Source: an uncultured Bacteroidaceae bacterium
GTDB lineage: Bacteria > Bacteroidota > Bacteroidia > Bacteroidales > GCA-2748055
NCBI GenBank assembly: GCA_964454295.1
Contig: CAYVTV010000001.1
Location: 1,111 to 65,110 of the forward strand
DNA length: 64,000 bases
Direction of reading: 5' to 3'
Position numbers and translations under genes: made by a program. Below, in pieces: positions 35,463 to 45,800 of this stretch. Positions within the stretch are counted from its first letter, which is position 1. Every line of letters starts with the position of its first letter. Under the pieces are notes generated by a model. It did not search any database. It saw nothing but the letters and a program-made list of their open reading frames with translations, and was not told the DNA's origin.

Positions 35463-37646
35463 ATGGCCAGAAAAGGAAAAAACAGAAAACAGAATTTATT
35501 CAACAAGGATACACTCACCGGTAAGGTGGTTGGCATCTTTTCGAACAATCCTGCCAAAACATATAATTACAAGCAGCTTTCAAAATTCCTGGGGATAAAA
35601 GACCAGAATATTCGCCAGCTGGTAATCCAGGTACTCGATGAACTAAAGGCCAGTGAACAGCTGGAGGAGATTGAAACCGGCAGGTATAAGTTCAAGCCAC
35701 GGGCAGGATATATTACGGGTAAGATTGACATGACCCAGCATGGGTATGCCTTTGTGGTAACGGAAGAGATTGAGGATGATGTGTTCATTGCGCGTAACCT
35801 GCTGCATTCAGCACTGGATGGCGACCTGGTGAAGGTGTATGTTTACCCCCGTCGCAGCAGGGAAACAAGGTACGAGGGAGAGGTTATACAGGTCATTGAA
35901 AGAGCGCGGGATACTTTTGTGGGCACGGTGGAGATATCGAAACATTTTGCGTTTCTTGTTTCCGACAATAAGAAGATGCCCTACGATCTGTTTATTTCGC
36001 TCGACAGGCTGAAAGGCGCGAAGAACGGGCAGAAAGCCATAGCCAGGGTCATTGAATGGCCGGCGGGAATGAAAAATCCGGTGGCAGAAATTGTCGAAGT
36101 CCTCGGTAATCCCGGTGAGAATGATGTGGAGATGCACGCTATCCTCGCGGAGTTTGACCTGCCTTTCCGGTTTAAACCTGAATTAAATTCAGAGGCAGAA
36201 AAGATCAGTGAACGGATAACTGACAAGGACATTGCAGAGAGGAGAGATTTCAGGAATATTCCTGCATTTACCATTGACCCTGAAGATGCGAAGGACTTTG
36301 ATGATGCATTGTCGCTGAGGAAACTCGATAACGGCCATTTCGAAGTGGGTGTGCATATCGCCGACGTTTCCCACTATGTGAGGCCAAAGACCGTTATCGA
36401 TGATGAAGCTTATGAGCGGGCGACTTCGGTATACCTGGTGGACAGGACCATTTCCATGCTGCCGGAAAAGATATCCAATAACATATGTTCCCTGCGTCCG
36501 GATGAGGATAAACTGTGTTTCTCGGCTGTCTTCGAGTTGAACGTGAATGCTGAGGTCATCAGGGAATGGTTCGGCAGGACGGTCATTCGTTCCCGCAAAC
36601 GCTTTAATTACGAGGAGGCCCAGGATATCATCATGGGAAAAGACGGTCCGGTGAAGGAAGAGGTACTCGAACTGCACAGGCTGGCACAGATAATGAAAAA
36701 GCGGAGGTCCGACCAGGGATCCATTGGTTTCGACAAGGTGGAGGTTAAATTCCATCTCGATGAGAAAGGATTTCCCACGGGAGTATTCTTCAGCGAACAG
36801 AAGGAATCAAACCAGCTGATAGAGGAATTTATGCTCCTGGCCAACAAACGCGTTGCCGAATTTGTCCATAATGGCTGTGTGTATATACAGGATAAAAAGA
36901 ATAAAAATGTAACGGGGAAGACAACAGAGAAGGGAAAGACCTTTGTGTACCGTATACACGACAACCCCGATCCGCAGAAGCTGGAATCATTCTCTAAGTT
37001 TGTGAAGAAGTTCGGGTATAATCTGGAACTGGGTCCGGGGAGAAAGTCCGCCCTGTCGTTCAATAAACTCCTCGAAGATGTGGAAGGCAAAAAAGAGCAG
37101 AACCTTATCGAAACCCTGGCGCTGAGATCAATGGCCAAGGCAAGATATTCAACTGGCAATATAGGGCATTACGGACTTGCCTTTCCGTTCTATACCCATT
37201 TTACCTCACCGATACGGAGATATCCCGACCTTATGGTGCACCGGCTCCTGCATCATTATATGAACGGCGGGGAACAAAAGAGTAAGATCAGATACGAGAA
37301 GAGATGCGATCATGCCTCAGAAATGGAAAGAAGAGCCATGGATGCGGAAAGGGCTTCGATCAAATATAAACAGGTCGAGTTTATGAGGGATAAAGTGGGA
37401 CAGGCCTTCAGGGGCATCATCTCAGGCCTTACCAACTGGGGAATATATGTGGAGATCATCGAAAATAAGTGCGAGGGAATGGTGAGCCTGCAAAGCCTGA
37501 CAGATGATTTTTATGAGTTCGATGAGGAAAATTATACCCTAAAGGGGAGGTATAGCAAAAAATCCTTCCAGCTGGGTGATGAAATAGAAATTGAAGTGAA
37601 GAATGTGAATATGGCAAAACGTCAGCTTGATTTCGGGTTTGTGTAA
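35463..37646 (+). CDS. rnr: Ribonuclease R
   Basis: RNB domain (FTIDPEDAKDFDDALS, HYGLAFPFYTHFTSPIRRYPDL) plus a C-terminal S1 domain. ORF 35358 begins inside repeat I, so the first credible ATG is 35463 (MARKGKNRKQ). Confidence 0.93.
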   Translation: MARKGKNRKQNLFNKDTLTGKVVGIFSNNPAKTYNYKQLSKFLGIKDQNIRQLVIQVLDELKASEQLEEIETGRYKFKPRAGYITGKIDMTQHGYAFVVTEEIEDDVFIARNLLHSALDGDLVKVYVYPRRSRETRYEGEVIQVIERARDTFVGTVEISKHFAFLVSDNKKMPYDLFISLDRLKGAKNGQKAIARVIEWPAGMKNPVAEIVEVLGNPGENDVEMHAILAEFDLPFRFKPELNSEAEKISERITDKDIAERRDFRNIPAFTIDPEDAKDFDDALSLRKLDNGHFEVGVHIADVSHYVRPKTVIDDEAYERATSVYLVDRTISMLPEKISNNICSLRPDEDKLCFSAVFELNVNAEVIREWFGRTVIRSRKRFNYEEAQDIIMGKDGPVKEEVLELHRLAQIMKKRRSDQGSIGFDKVEVKFHLDEKGFPTGVFFSEQKESNQLIEEFMLLANKRVAEFVHNGCVYIQDKKNKNVTGKTTEKGKTFVYRIHDNPDPQKLESFSKFVKKFGYNLELGPGRKSALSFNKLLEDVEGKKEQNLIETLALRSMAKARYSTGNIGHYGLAFPFYTHFTSPIRRYPDLMVHRLLHHYMNGGEQKSKIRYEKRCDHASEMERRAMDAERASIKYKQVEFMRDKVGQAFRGIISGLTNWGIYVEIIENKCEGMVSLQSLTDDFYEFDEENYTLKGRYSKKSFQLGDEIEIEVKNVNMAKRQLDFGFV

Positions 37647-37657
37647 ATATTCTAGGG

Positions 37658-37780
37658 AACCACAAAGGAACACAAAGGATATCACGAAGGACACAAAGGG
37701 CAATCATTCAGCAATATGGACTTCGTGTCCTTCGTGAAAAACCTTCGTGTCCTTCGTGGTTAAATACGTAATGCTGTTAA
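37658..37780. repeat. Family-1 repeat, copy J (outward orientation)
   Basis: aaccacaaaggaacacaaaggatatcacgaaggacacaaagg ... cttcgtgtccttcgtgaaaaaccttcgtgtccttcgtggttaaatacgtaatg. Confidence 0.8.
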
Positions 37781-37804
37781 AGAAACTTTAATCCTCAAAA
37801 CAAA

Positions 37805-38188
37805 ATGCACAAAACATTCATCTTTATATCACTGATACTCACACTTACCAGTTGTTCGGAAGAATTTTCACGATTCAGCCACCGGCGTACTATCCCTAAG
37901 AACAAATTCGTATCTATCCTTGCAGAGATACATATTATGGAAGCTATTACCGGCAAGTCGGAATACTACAGGAAATATTCCTCAAAAGACACCCTCGATA
38001 TTTACGGGCCTATAATACAGAAGTATGGTTATAGCAGGGAACAATTCGACTCCACCGTAGCTTCTTATGTGAGGAAGCCGGAGATATATGAGAAAATATA
38101 TAATGAAGTGCTGATGAAACTCAACTATATGCTGGACACGCTCCGAAAAAATGATCCTATGTTTGAAAGGTTGTCGCCATACGAATAA
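37805..38188 (+). CDS. DUF4296-like lipoprotein
   Basis: Lipobox (LILTLTSC). FVSILAEIHIMEAI...YGYSREQFDSTVASY matches the DUF4296 pattern. Confidence 0.65.
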   Translation: MHKTFIFISLILTLTSCSEEFSRFSHRRTIPKNKFVSILAEIHIMEAITGKSEYYRKYSSKDTLDIYGPIIQKYGYSREQFDSTVASYVRKPEIYEKIYNEVLMKLNYMLDTLRKNDPMFERLSPYE

Positions 38189-38192
38189 TATC

Positions 38193-38726
38193 ATGGAAAC
38201 CAGGAGAATATCGGCTCATTATATAATTCCGGGACACACCGCATCCCTGAAGTATGGCATTGTGGAATTCAGCAGTGACGGCACCATACTACAGTTGACA
38301 GATACAGGGGGAGAATTCAGGGAGACAGCAGGGCTTGAATTTTACAGCGGCATAATCACACCGGGGTTTATTATATCCCCGTTTTTAAAAGACCTGGCGG
38401 AAATGAGCAATGAGACACCTGAATTCCCCTATTTAGATGAATTTTTAAGCTGGGTGGGAAGTATAATGAAGGTGAGGATTGCAGATGACCCTGCTGAATC
38501 CTTAAAGATACTGAAATATATGTTGATAATCCAGGAACGGAATCCTTCTATGAGTCTTTCTGAACTCATCTCCAGGCTTACCTGGCTGGCTGCCTGTAGT
38601 TTGGGTATACAAAATGAACTTGGTTCACTGCAACCCGGACGTAAACCGGGAATAAACCTCCTGACGCATTTGGATATGCATAATATGAAGCTAACGGAGG
38701 AAACGAAAATAATGGTTATAATGTAG
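38193..38726 (+). CDS. Short amidohydrolase-like protein lacking the metal-binding barrel (possibly a collapsed gene)
   Basis: The N-terminus (ISAHYIIPG...GIVEFSSDGTILQL...GIITPGF) and C-terminus (AACSLGIQNELGSLQPGRKPGINLL) resemble the two ends of amidohydrolases. There is no HxH motif, and the ~250-aa core is absent. Confidence 0.45.
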   Translation: METRRISAHYIIPGHTASLKYGIVEFSSDGTILQLTDTGGEFRETAGLEFYSGIITPGFIISPFLKDLAEMSNETPEFPYLDEFLSWVGSIMKVRIADDPAESLKILKYMLIIQERNPSMSLSELISRLTWLAACSLGIQNELGSLQPGRKPGINLLTHLDMHNMKLTEETKIMVIM

Positions 38727-38739
38727 AGACGTGCCTCGT

Positions 38740-38769
38740 GTAGAGACGTGCCATGAGGCACGTCTCTAC
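38740..38769 (+). terminator. Candidate intrinsic-terminator hairpin (13-bp stem, 4-nt loop)
   Basis: gtagagacgtgcc-atga-ggcacgtctctac lies 14 nt after the stop of 38193..38726. There is no clear U-tract. An extra direct copy of the left arm sits at 38723-38735. Confidence 0.5.
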
Positions 38770-38827
38770 TAAGGCATAATTAATTATATTCAGACAAATC
38801 AGATTTATCCTGTATAACCAGTAACCT

Positions 38828-38897
38828 ACTTTACAAACTTTCAATTTTCAACTTTCAAACTTTACAAACTTTACAAACTTTACAAACTTTCAACTTT
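38828..38897. repeat. Tandem (CTTTACAAA)n / (ACTTTCAA)n block upstream of the histidine kinase gene
   Basis: actttacaaactttcaattttcaactttcaaactttacaaactttacaaactttacaaactttcaacttt. ACTTTCAA is the reverse complement of the TTGAAAGT brick at 22.2 and 24.5 kb. Confidence 0.85.
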
Positions 38898-38909
38898 ATA
38901 TACTGATCC

Positions 38910-39950
38910 ATGAAATCCTCATCACCCAAAGAACTTGCTGCATTCATCGCTCTGCTAATAACTTCCATATTTGCAGGGACTTTATTTATATCCGGACTGG
39001 TTAATCCCGGAAAATTATGGCTGGCAATAGTCATAGCAGCATCTGCATTTTTTATAATAACTTATGTTATTGTGTATTACACCCTTACCAGTTTTATCTT
39101 TGAAAAGATACAGCCTATTTATAAAACCATTCATGAGTATGCCATATCGCAAAAGGAATTAAAGAAGCAGATGGATAAGGATATCATATCGCATGTCAAT
39201 AAGGAGGTGGAAGACTGGGCAGATAAAAAAACCAGAGAAATAAAAAAGTTAAAACAGCTTGAGAAATACCGGAAGGATTTTATGGGGAATGTGATGCATG
39301 AGTTAAAGACTCCTGTGTTTAATATTCAGGGATATATTCTGACATTGCTGGACGGTGGTCTTGAGGATCCTTCCATCAACAGGCTGTACCTTGAGAGGAC
39401 GGAGAAAAGCATCAATCGTATGATATCCATTGTAGAGGACCTGGAGTCGATATCGAGGCTGGAGTCAGGAGAGTTGAAACTGGTTATGGAAGAGTTTGAT
39501 ATAGTGAAACTTGTGGATGAGGTGTTCGAGATGCTTGAGATCAGGGCAAAACAGAAGGACATAAAACTTCATTTTGCAGCAAACTACAATAAACCGATCA
39601 GGGTTATCGCCGACAGGAGAAGGATTCAGGAAGTGATGAATAACCTGCTGATCAATTCAATCAGTTATGGTAAGAAACAGGGAAAGACTACAGTATCCTT
39701 TATGGATATGGGAGAAATAATTCTGGTGGATGTAAGCGATAACGGCATTGGCATTCCGGAGAAAGATATGCCAAGGATCTTTGAGAGGTTTTACCGTACC
39801 GACAGATCCCGGTCGCGTGACCAGGGAGGTACAGGATTGGGATTGTCCATTGTGAAGCATATCATCGAAGCCCATAATCAAACCATCAATGTAAGAAGTG
39901 TGCCGGATAAGGGAAGCTCGTTCGCGTTTACTATGAAAAAGCATAAATGA
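38910..39950 (+). CDS. Sensor histidine kinase (HisKA + HATPase_c); no adjacent response regulator
   Basis: Two N-terminal TM helices, an H-box (MHELKTPV), an N-box (NLLINSISY) and G-boxes (DNGIGI, GGTGLGLSIV). Confidence 0.9.
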   Translation: MKSSSPKELAAFIALLITSIFAGTLFISGLVNPGKLWLAIVIAASAFFIITYVIVYYTLTSFIFEKIQPIYKTIHEYAISQKELKKQMDKDIISHVNKEVEDWADKKTREIKKLKQLEKYRKDFMGNVMHELKTPVFNIQGYILTLLDGGLEDPSINRLYLERTEKSINRMISIVEDLESISRLESGELKLVMEEFDIVKLVDEVFEMLEIRAKQKDIKLHFAANYNKPIRVIADRRRIQEVMNNLLINSISYGKKQGKTTVSFMDMGEIILVDVSDNGIGIPEKDMPRIFERFYRTDRSRSRDQGGTGLGLSIVKHIIEAHNQTINVRSVPDKGSSFAFTMKKHK

Positions 39951-39965
39951 ATTTTCGGGGGGGGG

Positions 39966-40054
39966 TAACCACGAAGGACACAAAGGTTAACCACGAAGGA
40001 CACGAAGTTTAAATACAGAAGGACACGAAGGTTAACACAAAGGAATACGAAGGG
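39966..40054. repeat. Family-1 bricks, copy K (tandem right-arm units only, no opposing arm)
   Basis: taaccacgaaggacacaaagg ttaaccacgaaggacacgaag ... ggacacgaagg ttaacacaaaggaatacgaagg. Confidence 0.8.
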
Positions 40055-40261
40055 TTACAAATTTTTTATTAATACTATATTTTTTTTCTCAATCAACTGT
40101 ATCTTTTCCGTCTCAATGAACAGGTCGATATAAAGAGCTAATTTCTGTTCGGCGGATTTTCATTTCGTCATTTTTCCAGGAGTTGCCACCCCTGGCTATT
40201 AAATTGATGCCCCGGGGCAGGGCGAGACGTGTTGAAACGTGTATCTACAACGTCGTTCTTC

Positions 40262-40470
40262 CCCTCTGTGTCCCTCTGTGTCCCTTTGCCCCGCGATCCC
40301 GCGATCCCTCGATCCCCTGATCCCCTGATCCCCTGATCCCCTGATCCCTCGATCCCCTGATCCCCTGATCCCCTGATCCCTCGATCCCCTGATCCCCTGA
40401 TCCCTCGATCCCCTGATCCCTCGATCCCGTGATCCCTTCCCCCGTCACTCGTCACTCGTCACTCGTCACT
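40262..40470. repeat. Tandem arrays: (CCCTCTGTGT)x2, (GATCCCNN)x18 and (CGTCACT)x4
   Basis: 18 consecutive 8-bp units (GATCCCCT/GATCCCTC/GATCCCGC/GATCCCGT) span 40295-40438. The 7-bp units span 40443-40470, and the last one contains the cysS stop codon. Confidence 0.9.
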
Positions 40471-41932
40471 TCCCCCACTTCCACTCCGTCCCCTCCTTCA
40501 CATCCCTGATCTCAATCCCTATTTTCTGCAACTCCTCACGTATCTGGTCGGAGAGAGTGAAATCCTTTTTTTCTTTGGCGCCCTGCCGTATTTTCAGGAT
40601 GGCATCCACCAGCAGGTTTGTCTTTTCCGTATCATGATCTGCATCGTCTTTCGCAAGTCCCAATACATCGAAAATGAAGGTATTAAAAAACGAGGAAAGG
40701 TCTGAAAGGTCGGCTTCAGAGATCTGTTGTTTTCCTTCCCTGAGGATATTGATCATTTTAACAGCTTCGAAGAGAGAAGCTATGGCCGCGGGGCTGTTCA
40801 GGTCATCGTCCATGGCCTCAATACAGGCTTTTTTGATACGTGTTATGTCAACGGTAGATTTGCCGGCAGGTGTTATCCTGGTGAGATTTTCAATGGCTTC
40901 CGTAAGTCGCTGCAATCCCTTTTCTGCTGCCAGCAGGGCATCATTGGAGAAGTCGAGCGTTCCCCTGTAATGTGCCTGAAGAATGAAAAAGCGTACGGTC
41001 ATAGGCGAATAAGCCTTATCCAGCAGCTTATGCGAGCCGGAGAACAGCTCATCGAGGGTGATAAAGTTACCCAGCGACTTACCCATTTTTTGTCCGCCGA
41101 TGGTTATCATGTTATTATGCATCCAGTAACGCACCGACTCTTTACCGTTGGCGGCCACTGTCTGTGCTATCTCGCATTCATGATGGGGGAAGAGAAGGTC
41201 CATGCCGCCACCGTGAATATCAAAGACCTTACCCAGGTATTTTTCCGACATCGCGGAGCATTCGACATGCCAGCCGGGAAACCCTTCTCCCCAGGGCGAA
41301 GGCCACCGCATTACATGAGAGGGACCCGCTTTTTTCCATATGGCAAAATCCAGCGGACTGCGTTTCTCGGAGCTGCCTTCCAGCTCCCTGGTGTTGGCAA
41401 GCAGCTCATCCGTTTTTCTTCCCGATAATTTACCATAGGCATGATCACGGCTGAACTTCTGTACGTCAAAATATACCGATCCGTTTACCTCATAAGCATA
41501 TCCGGCATCCAGTATTTTCTTTATCATCTCCTGCTGTTCAATAATATGGCCTGAGGCCTGGGGTTCTATCGATGGCGGCAGAACATTCAGCAGCCGCATA
41601 TTATCATGGTAACGGTTAATATAGTATTGTACAACCTCCATAGGTTCCAGTTGCTCCAGCCTGGCTTTCTTCCCCACTTTATCCTCACCCTCATCCGCAT
41701 CATTCTCCAGATGCCCTACATCAGTGATGTTACGCACATACCTTACTTTATAGCCCAGGTATGTCAGATACCTGAACAGCAGATCGAAAGTTATCGCAGG
41801 CCTGGCATGACCCAGATGAGCATCACCATAAACTGTCGGCCCGCAGACATACAGGCCTGCATGAGGGGGATTTAAAGGGATGAATTCTTCCTTCCTGCGG
41901 GTGAGGGTGTTATAGATCCAGAGTTTTTCCAT
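40466..41932 (-). CDS. cysS: Cysteine--tRNA ligase
   Basis: [17 protein letters not shown] (HIGH) and KMGKSLGN (KMSKS) motifs. 488 aa. Confidence 0.96.
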   Translation of the reverse strand: MEKLWIYNTLTRRKEEFIPLNPPHAGLYVCGPTVYGDAHLGHARPAITFDLLFRYLTYLGYKVRYVRNITDVGHLENDADEGEDKVGKKARLEQLEPMEVVQYYINRYHDNMRLLNVLPPSIEPQASGHIIEQQEMIKKILDAGYAYEVNGSVYFDVQKFSRDHAYGKLSGRKTDELLANTRELEGSSEKRSPLDFAIWKKAGPSHVMRWPSPWGEGFPGWHVECSAMSEKYLGKVFDIHGGGMDLLFPHHECEIAQTVAANGKESVRYWMHNNMITIGGQKMGKSLGNFITLDELFSGSHKLLDKAYSPMTVRFFILQAHYRGTLDFSNDALLAAEKGLQRLTEAIENLTRITPAGKSTVDITRIKKACIEAMDDDLNSPAAIASLFEAVKMINILREGKQQISEADLSDLSSFFNTFIFDVLGLAKDDADHDTEKTNLLVDAILKIRQGAKEKKDFTLSDQIREELQKIGIEIRDVKEGTEWKWGK

Positions 41933-41955
41933 TAAAAAATGATATTTTTATAACC

Positions 41956-42056
41956 CCTTCGTGTCCCTTCGTGAAAACCTTTGTGTCCTTTGTGGTTAAC
42001 CTTAAAACGTATTTAACCACGAAGGACACGAAGGATGGCACAAAGGGACACGAAGG
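41956..42056. repeat. Family-1 hairpin repeat, copy L
   Basis: ccttcgtgtcccttcgtgaaaacctttgtgtcctttgtggttaa / ccttaaaacgtat / ttaaccacgaaggacacgaaggatggcacaaagggacacgaagg. Confidence 0.85.
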
Positions 42057-42065
42057 GAGACGTTA

Positions 42066-42671
42066 TTATTTTTTTGCTGCCATCTGCTGTTTCAATATCC
42101 TTGCAATATACTTCCCGATAATGTCAAATTCAATGTTTACCACTGTCCCTTCCCTGAAGGTATGAAAGTTGGTAACATTATACGTATAAGGGATAATAGC
42201 CACTTCAAATGAATTTTCCCGTGAATTTACAACCGTAAGGCTCACACCGTTGACAGACACGGACCCTTTTTCCACAGTCAGATATTCATCATTAACTGCA
42301 TCGTACCTGAAGCTGTAATACCAGCTTCCTTCAGATTCACGAACAACGGTGCAGACAGCAGTGGTGTCAACATGACCCTGCACCATATGACCGTCGAGGC
42401 GCCCATCCATCTTCATGCTCCTTTCCAGGTTCACCTCATCCCCCGGCTGTAATAAACCCAGATTCGATTTAATGAGCGTTTCCTTTATGGCGGTCACTGT
42501 ATAGGTATTTCCCTCTATGGCCACAACCGTGAGGCATACCCCGTTATGCGAGACACTCTGATCGATCTTCAGCTCATCAACAAATGAACAGGTCATGGTG
42601 ATGTGCACGTTCTCTTTTTCTTTTTCAATTTTAACAACCGTAGCTGTTTCTTCAACAATTCCAGAAAACAT
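42066..42671 (-). CDS. ribE: Riboflavin synthase
   Basis: MFSGIVEE...SVSHNGVCLTVV and the internal repeat GSVSVNGVSLTV are typical of this enzyme. Confidence 0.93.
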   Translation of the reverse strand: MFSGIVEETATVVKIEKEKENVHITMTCSFVDELKIDQSVSHNGVCLTVVAIEGNTYTVTAIKETLIKSNLGLLQPGDEVNLERSMKMDGRLDGHMVQGHVDTTAVCTVVRESEGSWYYSFRYDAVNDEYLTVEKGSVSVNGVSLTVVNSRENSFEVAIIPYTYNVTNFHTFREGTVVNIEFDIIGKYIARILKQQMAAKK

Positions 42672-42686
42672 AATATTATTATTTTT

Positions 42687-42779
42687 CCTTTGTGCCCTTT
42701 GTGAAACCCTTAGTGTCCTTCGTGGTTAATTTTTTTTACCACAAAGGACACAAAGGATGCACAAAGTACACGCGAAGGG
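42687..42779. repeat. Family-1 hairpin repeat, copy M (T-rich loop)
   Basis: cctttgtgccctttgtgaaacccttagtgtccttcgtggttaa / ttttttt / taccacaaaggacacaaaggatgcacaaag... Confidence 0.8.
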
Positions 42780-42840
42780 GTTAAATGACACCTCAAAAAT
42801 ACAAATTAAACCTTAAAAACGGTTTAAACTATTTTTTTTC

Positions 42841-42848
42841 TAACTTTG
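42841..42848 (+). promoter_or_regulatory. Bacteroidota -7 promoter motif (TAnnTTTG) upstream of ileS
   Basis: TAACTTTG lies 41 nt upstream of the ileS ATG (42889). Confidence 0.4.
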
Positions 42849-42888
42849 TGCGATTTTTATTAAACTGTATTATTTAAGGAGTTTAAGG

Positions 42889-45800
42889 ATGGAAAGAAAG
42901 TTCCGTGAGTATAAGAACTTTGATCTTGCCGTTATCAACAGGGACATGCTGAAGGTATGGAAGGAGGAAAATACATTTCACCAGAGTCTGGCTATCCGTG
43001 AAGAGGCTCCGGATTTTGTTTTTTATGAAGGGCCGCCTTCTGCCAACGGTAAACCGGGTATTCACCATGTCATTTCCCGTACCATAAAGGATATTATTTG
43101 TCGCTTTAAGACGCTGGAGGGTTACCGGGTAAACAGGAAAGCCGGCTGGGATACTCACGGCCTTCCGGTAGAGCTGGCCGTTGAGCAGATGCTGGGCATT
43201 ACAAGGGAAGATATAGGCAAAAAGATTTCCATTGCTGAATACAATAACGCCTGCAAAAAGGAGGTGATGAAATACACCCGTGAGTGGGAGGATCTTACAG
43301 ACAAGATGGGTTACTGGATAGACATGAGTGATCCTTACATCACGTATGATAACAGGTATATTGAAACCTTATGGTGGTTACTTAAGGAGATGTTCAAAAA
43401 AGATCTTCTGTATAAGGGATATACCATTCAGCCGTATTCACCTGCGGCCGGTACCGGGCTCAGCACGCATGAACTGAATCAGCCCGGATGTTACCGCGAT
43501 GTTAAGGATACCACCTGTACGGCCATGTTCGGCGTTATAAGGAACAGCATTTCGGAGTTCCTGTTTGAGAAGACTGATACGCCGGTATATATTCTTGCCT
43601 GGACCACCACTCCATGGACGCTTCCTTCCAATACAGCCCTGGCTGTTGGTTCAGATATCACATACCTGAGGATTAAAACTTTCAATCCTTATAGCGGCAG
43701 TCCGGCAACGATTATTCTGGCAAAGGACCTGCTTACGGTATATTTTCCCGATAAAAATGCCAGCCTGCAGCCGGAGGAATATGTTCCGGGAGATAAGAAT
43801 GTTCCCTACAGGATACTGGGTGAGTTTCAGGGAAGTAAACTCATGGGCGTACAGTATGAACAGCTTCTGAAATGGGTGAATCCAGGGGAAAATGCTTTCA
43901 GGGTTGTTACAGGCGATTTTGTCACAACGGAAGACGGTACCGGCATTGTTCATATCGCTCCTACCTTTGGTGCGGACGACCTTCGTGTGGCAAGGGAAAA
44001 TGACATAAATGCGCTGATGGTGAAAGATAAGGACGGCATGATGTGTCCCCTGGTAGACAGGAAGGGAAGGTTTTACCGCATGGACGACATGGATACGGAA
44101 TTCATCAGCACAAATGTAAATACTGAAAATTATCGTGAATTTGCCGGAAGGTATGTTAAGAATGAATACGATGAAAGTATTCCGAAAGATGCAGTACCTG
44201 TGGATGTTGACATAGCCGTTCATCTGAAGCTTAACGACAGGGCTTTCAGGATTGAAAAACATATTCACAATTATCCGCATTGCTGGCGTACCGACAAACC
44301 GGTATTATACTATCCGCTGGACTCCTGGTTTATACGCACTACAGCAATGAAAGACCGGATGATGGAACTGAATAACACCATCAACTGGAAACCGGAATCA
44401 ACAGGTACAGGCAGATTTGGCAAGTGGCTGGAAAATCTGGTCGACTGGAACCTGTCGCGTTCCAGGTTCTGGGGAACACCACTCCCGATATGGATGTCGG
44501 AAGATAAAAAGGAGATAACCTGTATAGGCTCGGTGGCGGAGCTGAAAGCCGAAATCGAAAAATCGGTTAAAGCCGGGTTTATGAGTAAAAATATTCTTGC
44601 GGAGTATGAGGAAGGGGATTTTTCCACCGAAAATTACAATCGCTTTGATCTGCACCGGCCATTCGTCGACGACATTATCCTGGTAAGTCCCACCGGCAAT
44701 AAAATGTTCCGCGAGCCGGATCTTATCGATGTATGGTTTGACTCCGGAGCTATGCCCTACGCTCAGGTGCACTATCCCTTCGAGAACAGCAAAAACTTCA
44801 ACCACTTCTTTCCTTCAGATTTTATCGCCGAAGGTGTCGATCAGACCCGGGGATGGTTTTTCACCCTGCACGCCATCGCCGTGTTGCTCTTCGATAGCGT
44901 TTCATTCAGAAATATCATTTCCAACGGACTTGTGCTGGATAAAAACGGGAATAAGATGTCGAAAAGACTGGGTAATGCCGTTGATCCTTTCGTAATCATT
45001 GAAAAGTACGGTTCTGACCCCCTGCGCTGGTATATGATGACAAATTCCCAGCCCTGGGATAACCTGAAGTTTGACGAGAGCGGACTGGATGAGGTGAAAC
45101 GGAAGTTCTTCGGCACCTTGTATAACACCTATTCCTTCTTTGCATTATATGCAAATGTAGATGGATTTACCTGTAGTGAAGAGGAAATCCCGATGAGCGA
45201 ACGCCCTGAAATAGACCGCTGGATCATCTCCCTGCTTCACTCACTCGTTAAAGAAGTAAGGAAAAACTATGCTGAGTATGAAATTACGAAGGCCGGAAGA
45301 CTTATTCAGGATTTTGTTATCGATAACCTCAGCAACTGGTACGTGCGGCTGAACAGAAAGCGTTACTGGGGAGGAGAATATACAAAAGACAAGATTGCTG
45401 CCTATCAGACACTATATACCTGCCTGGAAACGGTTGCTGTGTTGGCATCACCAATTGCCCCGTTTTATATGGATAAGATTTTCAGAGATTTAAATATAGT
45501 TACACGGAAGCATAAGCTCGATTCTGTCCACCTTAACGAATTCCCGGAATTTGATAATAAGCTTATAAATAAGTCATTGGAAGAAAGAATGGAGATTGCA
45601 CAGGTGGTTTCTTCCATGGTACTGAGTCTGAGGCGACGCGTAAACATTAAAGTTCGTCAGCCCCTGAATCGTATGATGATACCCGTTCCCGGGAAGAATT
45701 TTGTTGAGAAGTTTGAATCTGTTAAAACCCTTATCCTTTCAGAAGTGAATGTTAAAGAGGTTAAATTCATTGAGGATACGGAAGGTATACTGGTGAAGAA

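Noticed and set aside
30544-35598. Small ORFs reading through the hairpin repeats, giving SFVVNL / LTTKDTKGFTK peptides (30544..30897, 31628..31822, 31701..31940, 32748..32987, 34041..34226, 35193..35456, 35356..35598, and also 41971..42165)
   Set aside because: Their only conserved parts are the repeat bricks translated in one frame or another. The remainder overlaps real genes out of frame or antisense.
40168-40455. ORFs 40168..40455 and 40245..40448 (minus strand) encoding Gly/Asp/Arg-rich GSGDQGIEGSGD... peptides
   Set aside because: They are simply translations of the (GATCCCNN)x18 tandem array. They show no start context or coding signal and have no flanking unique sequence.
42672-42888. 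An FMN riboswitch upstream of ribE, or a regulatory leader between ribE and ileS
   Set aside because: The gap consists of hairpin repeat M plus an ileS promoter-like TAACTTTG. I could not recognise FMN-riboswitch conserved segments.
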